Shown piece by piece: positions 28,057 to 39,328 of a stretch of 64,000 nt of DNA. The stretch is from Nevskiaceae bacterium (GTDB lineage Bacteria > Pseudomonadota > Gammaproteobacteria > Nevskiales > Nevskiaceae), in NCBI GenBank assembly GCA_004297005.1, contig SCVA01000020.1, positions 12,789 through 76,788 on the forward strand. Reading direction: 5' to 3'. The translations under genes were made by a program, and so were the position numbers. Position 1 is the stretch's first letter; each line of letters starts with the position of its first letter. The notes below the pieces were generated by a model. The model made no database searches. It was not told where the DNA came from and was given only the letters and a program-made list of their open reading frames with translations.

Positions 28057-28872
28057 ATGATCCGCTCATCCCTATCCCGCCTGCTCAAGTCCCTCCCTCT
28101 GCTAGGCATGCTCATGACCGGTTCCGCCCAGGCCGCGGTTACCGAAACGCCGGTCGACTACCAGATTGCCGGCGACCACTACCGCGGCTACGTCCTCCAC
28201 GACCCGGCGGTGAAGGCCAAGCGGCCGCTGCTGGTGCTGGTGCCAAACTGGCTGGGGGCCAACGCCGCCAACCGCAGGCAGGCCGCCGAGATCGCCGGCA
28301 AGGACTACGTGGTGTTCGTGGCCGACATGTTTGGCGCCGACAAGCTGCCTAACAACACCGACGAGGCCGGCAAGGCGGTGGGCGCGATCTACGCCGACCG
28401 CACCTTGCTTCGCAGCCGCGTGATCGCTGCCAAGACCACCGCCATCGAGACGGTTAAAACCAGAAAGCTGCCGGCCGATCTCGGCAAGATCGCCGCCATC
28501 GGCTTCTGCTTTGGCGGCGCCAGCGTGCTGGAACTGGCCCGCAGCGGCGACAACTCCGCCGCCGTGGTTTCCTTCCACGGCAATCTCTCGCTGAAGGGCG
28601 CGGCCGAGGACCAGCCGATCACCGCCAAGGTGCTGGCGCTGCACGGCGACGCCGATCCCTTCGTGCCGGCCGAGCAGGTCGATGCCTTCCTCGCCGAGAT
28701 GCGCGCCGGCAAGGCCGACTGGGAGCTGGTGCGTTATGGCGGCGCCGTGCACTCCTTCACCGACCCGGAAGCCAACTGGCCTGGCAAGGCCGAGTACAAC
28801 CCCAAGGTCGCCAAACGCGCGTTCGCGCGCATGAAGGATTTCCTCGACGAGGCCTTCGCCGGGAAACCCTGA
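28057..28872 (+). CDS. secreted dienelactone-hydrolase-family protein
   Basis: Signal peptide ending SAQA. Nucleophile motif IGFCFGG. HGDADPFVP and GAVHSF are typical of the DLH fold. Confidence 0.75.
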   Translation: MIRSSLSRLLKSLPLLGMLMTGSAQAAVTETPVDYQIAGDHYRGYVLHDPAVKAKRPLLVLVPNWLGANAANRRQAAEIAGKDYVVFVADMFGADKLPNNTDEAGKAVGAIYADRTLLRSRVIAAKTTAIETVKTRKLPADLGKIAAIGFCFGGASVLELARSGDNSAAVVSFHGNLSLKGAAEDQPITAKVLALHGDADPFVPAEQVDAFLAEMRAGKADWELVRYGGAVHSFTDPEANWPGKAEYNPKVAKRAFARMKDFLDEAFAGKP

Positions 28873-28890
28873 GCGAGGCGATCAGGCCAC

Positions 28891-28920
28891 AAAAAAAGCC
28901 GGCACCAGGCCGGCTTTTTT
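28891..28920. terminator. bidirectional rho-independent terminator between convergent genes
   Basis: AAAAAAGCCGGC / ACCAG / GCCGGCTTTTTT: a perfect stem flanked by an A-run and a T-run. Confidence 0.75.
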
Positions 28921-28930
28921 GCCTCGGATC

Positions 28931-30925
<1,995 letters not shown>

Positions 30926-30947
30926 TGGCGGCTCTCTATTAACTCTC

Positions 30948-31757
30948 TTATTGCGCCCACTTCGGCGCGCGCTTCTGCATGAAGGCGGTAATGCCTTCGG
31001 GCGCTTCCGGCCCGCGCACGCAGGCCGCGAACTTGGTCGCCGCATCGTCGAGCACGGCGTCCATGTCGAGCTTGCCGACGTTGAGCAGGATGGCCTTGGT
31101 CACCGCGTTCGCCTTTGGCGCGCAGCCCAGCACCTGCTTCAAGCTGTCGGCGAGCTTGGCCTGCAACTCCTCTTCACTGGCAAAGCCCTCGTGCACCAGG
31201 CCCAGCCGCAGCGCCTCGGCACCGCGAAACTGCGCGCCGGTCAGCGCCAGCCGGCGCGCCTGGGTCAGGCCGATGCGCTCGACCACGAAGGGCGCGATCT
31301 GCGCTGGCGGCAGGCCACGGGTGGTTTCCGGCATGCCGAACTTGGCGTCCGTGTGCGCAAACGCGATGTCGGAGACACAGGCGAGGCCAAAGCCGCCGCC
31401 CAGCACCGCGCCCTCGCAGACCGCGATCACCACCTGCGGCGCGTTCTGCACCCGGCGCAGCATGCTGCCGAAGGCGCGGTTCACAACCGCAATCGGGTCG
31501 GGCTCGCCCGGCGCTGGCTTTTTGCCGGCGCTGGCGAACATGTTCTTGAGATCGGCGCCCGCGCAGAAGTGACCACCCGTGCCACGCAGCACCACCGCAC
31601 GCACCGACTCATCCCCGGCAATCGCCGTGAACACCGCTTCGATGTCGGCCAGCATCTCCGGCGACATGGCGTTGCGCGACTCGGGGCGGTTGAAGCTCAC
31701 CCGCAGCACGCCGCCCTGTAGGTCCAGTAGCAGGGTCTTGGTTTCCGGCAGGCTCAT
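30948..31757 (-). CDS. enoyl-CoA hydratase/isomerase family protein (AtuE/LiuC-like)
   Basis: 269 aa. Crotonase motifs (FCAGADLK, GAVLGGGFGLA). Confidence 0.82.
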   Translation of the reverse strand: MSLPETKTLLLDLQGGVLRVSFNRPESRNAMSPEMLADIEAVFTAIAGDESVRAVVLRGTGGHFCAGADLKNMFASAGKKPAPGEPDPIAVVNRAFGSMLRRVQNAPQVVIAVCEGAVLGGGFGLACVSDIAFAHTDAKFGMPETTRGLPPAQIAPFVVERIGLTQARRLALTGAQFRGAEALRLGLVHEGFASEEELQAKLADSLKQVLGCAPKANAVTKAILLNVGKLDMDAVLDDAATKFAACVRGPEAPEGITAFMQKRAPKWAQ

Positions 31758-31763
31758 GCGGCT

Positions 31764-32930
<1,167 letters not shown>

Positions 32931-32962
32931 GGAAAAACTCCTCGCGTGACGTAGCAGCGCCT

Positions 32963-34588
32963 TTAAAGGCGCGCAACGCCGAAGCTGTTGGGGAAGGTCT
33001 GGCGCAGCTTGGCTTCGCGGCAGACCGAGAGCGTCAGGCCCAGCACCCGGCGGGTGTCGCGCGGGTCGATCAGGCCGTCGTCGAACAGCCGCGCGGTGGC
33101 GGCGAAGGCGTGGCTTTCCTTGTCGAACTGGCTGATGACCTGCTGGCGCAACATCGCCAGCATCTTCTCGTCGGTCTCGCCCATCACCTTGCCTTCGGCC
33201 TCCCACTTCTGGCGGGTGATGATCTCCATCACTCCGGCGGCCTGCTCGCCACCCATTACCGAGGTGCGGCTATTGGGCCAGGCAAAGATGAAGTGCGGGC
33301 CAAAGCCACGGCCGCACATGCCGTAGTTGCCGGCGCCGAAGCTGCCGCCCATGACGATGGTGATCTGCGGCACCGTCGCGTTGGCCACCGCCTGGATCAT
33401 CTTCGAGCCGTGCTTGACGATGCCGCCCTGCTCGCTCTCGGTGCCCACCATGTAGCCGGTGGTGTTCATCAGATACACGATGGGGATGTTGGACTGGCAG
33501 CACTGCTGGATGAACTGCCCGGCCTTGGTGGCGCCCTTCACGGTGATCGGCCCGTTGTTGCTGATGATGCCGATCTGGTGGCCCTGCAGGACCGCGCGGC
33601 CGCAGATGGTCTGCTGGTCGTACTCGGTCTTGAAGTCGAGGAATTCACTGCCATCGACCAGGCGGGCGATCACCTCGCGGCAATCCACCGGCTTCTTGTA
33701 GTCCGGCGGCACCACGCCGCACAGCTCCTCGATGTCGTAGAGCGGTGCACGCACCTCGCGCAGTTCCAGCTTCGGCTTCTGCGCGTTCCAGTGGATGCTC
33801 TTGACGATCTCGCGGGCGATGCGAATGCCGTCGGCGTCGTTCTCGGCCAGGAATTCGGCGGTGCCGGCCACCGAACAGTGCATGTCGGCGCCACCCAGGT
33901 CTTCATCCTTGGCGATCTCGCCGGTGGCGGCCTTGAGCAGCGGCGGGCCGGCCAGGAACACCTTGGCGCGCTTGCGGATCATCACCACGAAGTCCGACAG
34001 GCCCGGCATGTAGGCGCCACCCGCGGTGCTCGAACCGTGAACGACGGTGATCTGCGGAATACCGGCGGCGGACAGCCGGCACTGGTTGGCGAAGGTCTTG
34101 CCGCCGGGGATGAACACCTCGGCCTGGTACAGCAGGTTGGCGCCGCCGGACTCGATCATCGAGACCACCGGCAGCTTCTGCTGGAGCGCGATCTCCTGCA
34201 GCCGCAGGGTTTTCTGCACGCCCCAGGGCGTCATGGTGCCGCCCTTGATCGCCGAGTTGCTGGCGACGATCAGACAGCGGGTGCCGGACACATAGCCGAT
34301 GCCGGCGATCATGTTGCCGCCGGCCAGCGAGCCGTCCTTGTCGTCGTGCTGCTTGTAGCCGCAGAGCGTGCTGAATTCGAGCCAGGGCGAACCGCGGTCG
34401 AGCATCAGGTGCACGCGCTCGCGCGGCAAAAGCTGCTTACGTTTGTGGAAGCGCTCGCGCTTGCTCTCTTCCTCGGCCCGGCCCTTGGCCTCGACCGCAC
34501 GCCAGTCGGCGATGAACTGGAGCATGCCCTCGCGATAGGCCGCGAACTGGGCGCTGTTGGTGTCAATCTTCGATTCAATGACCGGCAT
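32963..34588 (-). CDS. acyl-CoA carboxylase carboxyltransferase (beta) subunit (AtuC/LiuB-like)
   Basis: 541 aa. Carboxyl-transferase domain pattern (GGTMTPWGVQKTLRLQEIA, ESGGANL, GSFGAGNYGMCGR). Confidence 0.88.
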   Translation of the reverse strand: MPVIESKIDTNSAQFAAYREGMLQFIADWRAVEAKGRAEEESKRERFHKRKQLLPRERVHLMLDRGSPWLEFSTLCGYKQHDDKDGSLAGGNMIAGIGYVSGTRCLIVASNSAIKGGTMTPWGVQKTLRLQEIALQQKLPVVSMIESGGANLLYQAEVFIPGGKTFANQCRLSAAGIPQITVVHGSSTAGGAYMPGLSDFVVMIRKRAKVFLAGPPLLKAATGEIAKDEDLGGADMHCSVAGTAEFLAENDADGIRIAREIVKSIHWNAQKPKLELREVRAPLYDIEELCGVVPPDYKKPVDCREVIARLVDGSEFLDFKTEYDQQTICGRAVLQGHQIGIISNNGPITVKGATKAGQFIQQCCQSNIPIVYLMNTTGYMVGTESEQGGIVKHGSKMIQAVANATVPQITIVMGGSFGAGNYGMCGRGFGPHFIFAWPNSRTSVMGGEQAAGVMEIITRQKWEAEGKVMGETDEKMLAMLRQQVISQFDKESHAFAATARLFDDGLIDPRDTRRVLGLTLSVCREAKLRQTFPNSFGVARL

Positions 34589-34847
34589 GTCGCTCTCTCA
34601 CTCCCACGTCACTCCCGCCGCGCGGCTGGAACCAGATTTTTCTTGCCTCAACCGCCCTTCCCGCCCGACTCACTCCCCGGGGCAACACCGAGGCGGGCTC
34701 CCGGATACGGCGGAGGACGAGCATGATAACGAGGCTTTCCATAAACCTCGAAATTCAGGCGGCGATAGGGCTTTTTTACCAGTCTTTACGCCGGCATTCA
34801 CGAACAATATTTCTTACCATAACCACAGGAAACCACCCGCCATCGCG

Positions 34848-35525
34848 TCACGCCTGACTTTTCCAGGCCGCCGCACCCAGAAAGATCAGCATGATCTGCT
34901 TCTCGGCGTTGCGATGGATGCGCGCCACCTCGGCCGTGTCCTTGGTATCCACATCCAGAATCAGCTCGGTGGCGGCGATGACGGTATTCACCACCAGCCC
35001 GGCCATCATCCTCAGGTCGTCGCCATTGAAAGACTTGAGCTTGGGAAACGGCGCCAGGTCGGCGGCCAGTTCGCTGGTCCAGAGCCGGATCTCGCGGCGG
35101 ATCGCCAAGCGCACGGCGGAGGAGCCGCTGTAGCGTTCCTTGGCGATGAACTCGAAATGCGGGCGGTGATCCTGCGTGTACTTGAGGAAGGTCGCCACCG
35201 AGTTGGCGATGAGGTTGGAAGGCGGCAGGGGGGCGCTGCGCGCCTCGCGCATCATCGTGTGCAGGGTGCGGAAGGAATCATCGACGAGGGCCAGACCCAG
35301 GTCTTCCATGCCGCTGAAGTGCCGATAGAACGCGGCCGGAACCACCCCGGCAACCTTGGCCACCTCGCGCAGACTGATTGAACTGAAGCTGCGTTCGCCC
35401 TGGATCAGCTCCAGCGCCGCGTCCATCAGCGCGCGCCGGGTGCGCAGCTTGCGCTCGTCCCTTGGGCCACCCGAACTGCCGCTCGCCGCTTCGCTGTCGT
35501 CGTTATTTTTTTTCCGCAATCTCAT
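34848..35525 (-). CDS. desT: TetR-family repressor of the FabR/DesT type
   Basis: TRRALMDAALELIQGERSFSSISLREVAKVAGVVPAAFYRHFSGMEDLGLALVDDS aligns by eye with E. coli FabR ([51 protein letters not shown]). Divergent from a desaturase operon that carries palindromic operators. Confidence 0.8.
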   Translation of the reverse strand: MRLRKKNNDDSEAASGSSGGPRDERKLRTRRALMDAALELIQGERSFSSISLREVAKVAGVVPAAFYRHFSGMEDLGLALVDDSFRTLHTMMREARSAPLPPSNLIANSVATFLKYTQDHRPHFEFIAKERYSGSSAVRLAIRREIRLWTSELAADLAPFPKLKSFNGDDLRMMAGLVVNTVIAATELILDVDTKDTAEVARIHRNAEKQIMLIFLGAAAWKSQA

Positions 35526-35627
35526 TCGTCATTGTAGCGTGAACACCCCGCCCGCCCTTGCTGGTGGAATCACTGGATAGGGCCTGCTTACCAGCACAAG
35601 TAACTGTTTTCATTGATTCTGTTTTTC

Positions 35628-35645
35628 AGTGAACACTTGTTGACT
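35628..35645. promoter_or_regulatory. candidate DesT/FabR-type operator 1 (18-bp imperfect palindrome)
   Basis: AGTGAACACTTGTTGACT: 14 of 18 positions self-complementary. Overlaps the -35 hexamer of the predicted desC promoter. Confidence 0.5.
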
Positions 35646-35669
35646 TATTTGGCGACTCCAAACTATAGT
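35640..35669 (+). promoter_or_regulatory. candidate sigma-70 promoter of the first oxidoreductase/desaturase pair
   Basis: TTGACT (35640-35645), 18-nt spacer, TATAGT (35664-35669). About 50 nt upstream of the GTG/ATG start at 35718/35721. Confidence 0.45.
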
Positions 35670-35684
35670 GCACACATGTTCACT
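35667..35684. promoter_or_regulatory. candidate DesT/FabR-type operator 2 (18-bp imperfect palindrome)
   Basis: AGTGCACACATGTTCACT: 14 of 18 positions self-complementary. Shares the half-site AGTG(A/C)ACA with operator 1 and overlaps the -10/+1 region. Confidence 0.5.
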
Positions 35685-35717
35685 GAACTGTTTGCTGCTT
35701 GAAGCCCCGGAGCCGTC

Positions 35718-36830
35718 GTGATGAATGCCAGTCAGACCCACAGCCAGACCAGCCCGCAGAAGCAGTCGGGCTTCGTGCGCCTCGCCGCCCTGCTGGCGAC
35801 GCCACTGATCCCTGACGACTACATCGAGCTGATCAATCCGCTCTGGACCCGCACGGCCCTGCGCGCCCGGGTCGAGGCCGTCATCCCCGAGACCACAGAC
35901 AGCGTCAGCCTGGTGCTGAAGCCGGGCCTGCGCTGGCAAGGCCACAAGGCCGGTCAGTTCCTGCGCGTGGGCGTGGATATCGAAGGCGTGCGCCACTGGC
36001 GCTGCTACTCGATCAGTTCGGCGCCGGAACGCGCCGACGGCCGGATCAGCATCACCGTCAAGGCGGTCGAGGGCGGCCGGGTTTCCAACTACCTGGTGCG
36101 CGAGCTTCAGGCCGGTGCGGTGCTGGAACTGGCCGCCGCCGAGGGCGAGTTCGTCCAGCCGCAGGGCGGCCCGGAACCACTGCTGATGATCACCGCGGGC
36201 AGCGGCCTGACCCCGGTGATGAGCCAGTTGCGTAGCACCGCCGCTCGCGGCGCCATGCCCGAGTGCACAGTCATTCACTATGCACCGACGCCCGAGGACT
36301 GCCTGTTCCGTGACGAGCTGCTGTCCCTGGCCGCGCAGTACCCGCAACTGAAGCTGCATCTGATCTACACCCGCGGCGCTCAACAGGGCGCGCACTTCGC
36401 GGCCGCTCAGCTCGAAAAACTGTGCCCGGACTGGCAGAGCCGTCGTGCCTACTCCTGCGGCCCCGCGGCCCTGCTGACCACCGTCGAAGCCCATTGGGCC
36501 GGGGCCGGCCTGGATGAACGACTGATCGTGGAGCGCTTCCGCCCTGCCCTCACCGCGATCAACGCCGGCGCCACCGGTGGCGCGCTCAGCTTCGTCGCCA
36601 GCGCCCGCCAGGCCGACAGCGATGGCCGGACCTCGATCCTGGAAACCGCCGAGCAGGCCGGCCTCGCGCCCGCCCACGGCTGCCGCATGGGCATCTGCCA
36701 CGGCTGCACCGCCCGCCTCATCTGCGGTCAGGTGCGCGACCTGCGCAGCGGCCAGGTGTTCGGCGAAACCGACGACCTCATCCAGATCTGCGTCTGCGCC
36801 CCGGCGGGCGACGTGCGGATCGACCTCTAG
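35718..36830 (+). CDS. desC: ferredoxin-NAD(P) reductase-type oxidoreductase with C-terminal plant-type 2Fe-2S domain (DesC-like electron donor for the desaturase)
   Basis: FAD-binding RCYSISS motif, NAD-binding MITAGSGLTPVMS, C-terminal C-x4-C-x2-C..C (GCRMGICHGCTARL...QICVCAP). Adjacent to desT and a desaturase, as in the Pseudomonas desT-desCB arrangement. Confidence 0.75.
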   Translation: MMNASQTHSQTSPQKQSGFVRLAALLATPLIPDDYIELINPLWTRTALRARVEAVIPETTDSVSLVLKPGLRWQGHKAGQFLRVGVDIEGVRHWRCYSISSAPERADGRISITVKAVEGGRVSNYLVRELQAGAVLELAAAEGEFVQPQGGPEPLLMITAGSGLTPVMSQLRSTAARGAMPECTVIHYAPTPEDCLFRDELLSLAAQYPQLKLHLIYTRGAQQGAHFAAAQLEKLCPDWQSRRAYSCGPAALLTTVEAHWAGAGLDERLIVERFRPALTAINAGATGGALSFVASARQADSDGRTSILETAEQAGLAPAHGCRMGICHGCTARLICGQVRDLRSGQVFGETDDLIQICVCAPAGDVRIDL

Positions 36831-36859
36831 TTCTTCCCCGCAGTATCAGGAGCGACGCC

Positions 36860-38065
36860 ATGACCCTACTTCATAGCCCGGCCAGCGACGCCGAAACCGG
36901 CAGCCAGGATGCGGTCGGCAGCAAGATCCGCAAGCCGCGCGCGAAAACGCGCGCCACGCCGACTGCGGTTACCGCCACCTCCGCCTGGCTGAGCAAGGCC
37001 CAGGCCGACGCCTTCGGTCGCGAGATGGACGCCATCCGCGAGCAGATCCTCGCCAGCCTCGGCGCCAAGGATGCGGCCTACATCCGCCGCATGATCCGAA
37101 TCCAGCGCGGCACCGAGATTGGCGGCCGTGCGCTGATCTACGCCGGCATCGTCTTCCCGCCCGCCTTCCTGGCCGGCGCCGCGACGCTGGGGGTGGCGAA
37201 GATCCTCGACAACATGGAAGTCGGCCACAACATCATGCATGGCCAGTGGGACTGGATGCGCGATCCCAAGATCCATTCCAGCAGCTGGGAGTGGGACACC
37301 GCCTGCCCCGCCGACCAGTGGAAGCACAGCCACAACGTCGAGCACCACACCTGGACCAATGTGGTCGGCAAGGACAAGGACGTCGGCTACGGCATCCTGC
37401 GCATGAGCACGCAGGAGCCCTGGCAGCCGCGCCATCTGCTCAATCCGATCAACAACCTGCTGTTGGCAACCCTGTTCCAGTGGGGCGTGGCGGTGCACGA
37501 CACCGGCATCGAGCAGGTGCGCACGCCCGCAGGCCTGATGAACCTGAAGCCGGAAACCAAGACCAAGCTGCGCGGCGTCTGGAAGAAGGCGAAGAAGCAG
37601 GTGCTGAAGGACTACGTACTGTTCCCAGCGCTGGCCGGCCCGTTCTTCCTGCCGGTGCTGGCGGCCAATGTGGCCGCCAACCTGATCCGGAACTTCTGGA
37701 CCTACATGATCATCTTCTGCGGCCACTTTCCTGATGGCGTGCAGCAGTTCAGCGAGGAGAGCATCGAAGGCGAATCGCGCGGCCAGTGGTATCTGCGCCA
37801 GTTGCTGGGCTCGGCCAACATCGAGGGCGGCAAGCTCTTTCATGTGATGAGCGGCAACCTGAGCTTTCAGATCGAGCATCATCTTTTCCCCGATCTGCCC
37901 AGCAACCGCTACGCCGAGATCGCGCCGCAGGTGCAGGCACTCTGCGAGAAGTACGGCCTGCCGTACAACAGCGCCTCCCTGACGCGACAGTTCGGCACCA
38001 CCATCAAGCGGGTGTTCCAGATGGCGGCGCCCAGCCGCCAGGAACTGAAGGCCGCCTTCGCCTGA
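36860..38065 (+). CDS. desB: membrane acyl-CoA/acyl-lipid fatty-acid desaturase (DesB-like)
   Basis: Three His boxes: HNIMHGQWDW, HSHNVEHHTWTN, QIEHHLFP. Hydrophobic segments between them. Confidence 0.8.
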   Translation: MTLLHSPASDAETGSQDAVGSKIRKPRAKTRATPTAVTATSAWLSKAQADAFGREMDAIREQILASLGAKDAAYIRRMIRIQRGTEIGGRALIYAGIVFPPAFLAGAATLGVAKILDNMEVGHNIMHGQWDWMRDPKIHSSSWEWDTACPADQWKHSHNVEHHTWTNVVGKDKDVGYGILRMSTQEPWQPRHLLNPINNLLLATLFQWGVAVHDTGIEQVRTPAGLMNLKPETKTKLRGVWKKAKKQVLKDYVLFPALAGPFFLPVLAANVAANLIRNFWTYMIIFCGHFPDGVQQFSEESIEGESRGQWYLRQLLGSANIEGGKLFHVMSGNLSFQIEHHLFPDLPSNRYAEIAPQVQALCEKYGLPYNSASLTRQFGTTIKRVFQMAAPSRQELKAAFA

Positions 38066-38179
38066 GCCGCAAGACTGCGGCAAGCCGCCTGGTCTGCCGC
38101 AGTGCATCAATGACCAATAGCGCCTTCGGGCGCATATTGGCCAAACAAGAACTCAAAGCAGCCACATGGAGGAGACACC

Positions 38180-39301
38180 ATGCAGCCCCAGCCGAGCAGG
38201 ACTCTGCTCGATCGATTTCTCGCGGTAACCGATGCCTTCGCCTGGCCGCTGCGCACCTCCCACTACCTGGAACTAGTCAACCCGCTCTGGACCACGCACG
38301 CCCTGCAGGCGAGGGTTGAGAGCGTCTGGGACGAGACGGCGGATGCCCGCACGCTGACGCTGCGCCCCGGCCGCAACTGGCGCAGCCATCGCCCAGGTCA
38401 GCACTTGCGCGTTGGCGTGCCCATCGGAGGCATGCACTACACCCGCACCTACTCGATCAGCTCCGCGCCCGAGCGCGAGGACGAGTGCTTCACCATCACC
38501 GTCAAGGCGATCCAGGGCGGGCGCATGTCGCACCATCTGGTGCGGCAGATCAAGCCTGGTGATTACCTGCCCATCGGCGTGCCGCAGGGCGACTTCTACC
38601 TGCCGGACGCCAATCCGGTGCAGCCGCTGTTCATCAGCGCTGGCAGCGGCATCACGCCGATCATGAGCATGCTGCGCAGCCTCGACGCGCAGGAACGGCT
38701 TCCGGACATCACCCACATCCACTACGCGCCGCACGCCTACGACGTCATCTTCGGCCAGGAGCTGAAACGCCTGGCGCAGAAGCACCCGCGCTACAAGCTG
38801 TATCTGGTCTACACCCGCGAGCCGGGCGAAAACCCTGCCGAGGTGGCCGACCGCCGCAAACCCTACTTCGGCGCCGAGCAGCTGGAACAGATCTGCCCGG
38901 ACTGGCGCACGCGCGATGTCTACGCCTGCGGCCCGCAGGGCCTGCTCGACGCCGTCGAAGGCCACTGGCGTGACGCCGGCCTGAGCCGCCAGCTGCACAC
39001 CGAGCGCTTCCGTGCCCAGATCGCGCCGGCGCCTACCGAGATCACCGCCGGCACCGTGCGCTTCGCCAACAGCGCGGTCGAGGCGAAGAGCGACGGCATC
39101 ATCAACCTGCTGCGCCTGGCCGAAGACCAGGGCCTGAACCCGCCGCACGGCTGCCGCATGGGCATCTGCCACGGCTGCGACGCGGTGCTGAAATCCGGCT
39201 GCGTGCGTGACCTGCGCACCAACGCCCTGCTCAACGAAACCGGCCAGATCGTGCAGATCTGCGTCTGCGCTGCCGCCGGCGACGCCGAGCTGGCCCTCTA
39301 A
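38180..39301 (+). CDS. second ferredoxin-reductase-type oxidoreductase with 2Fe-2S domain (paralog of 35718-36830)
   Basis: RTYSISS, FISAGSGITPIMS, GCRMGICHGCDAVL...QICVCAA. Collinear with the first copy. GGAGGAG Shine-Dalgarno sequence. Confidence 0.8.
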   Translation: MQPQPSRTLLDRFLAVTDAFAWPLRTSHYLELVNPLWTTHALQARVESVWDETADARTLTLRPGRNWRSHRPGQHLRVGVPIGGMHYTRTYSISSAPEREDECFTITVKAIQGGRMSHHLVRQIKPGDYLPIGVPQGDFYLPDANPVQPLFISAGSGITPIMSMLRSLDAQERLPDITHIHYAPHAYDVIFGQELKRLAQKHPRYKLYLVYTREPGENPAEVADRRKPYFGAEQLEQICPDWRTRDVYACGPQGLLDAVEGHWRDAGLSRQLHTERFRAQIAPAPTEITAGTVRFANSAVEAKSDGIINLLRLAEDQGLNPPHGCRMGICHGCDAVLKSGCVRDLRTNALLNETGQIVQICVCAAAGDAELAL

Positions 39302-39328
39302 TCCATCCCGCTTCCCAGGAGTACCACC

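Noticed and set aside
35531-35546. A third GTGAACAC half-site next to a TACAAT hexamer only 5 nt upstream of the desT ATG, hinting at autoregulation and a leaderless desT mRNA.
   Set aside because: It is only a half-site with no palindromic partner, and the -35 region is poor. This is too weak to call without transcription-start data.
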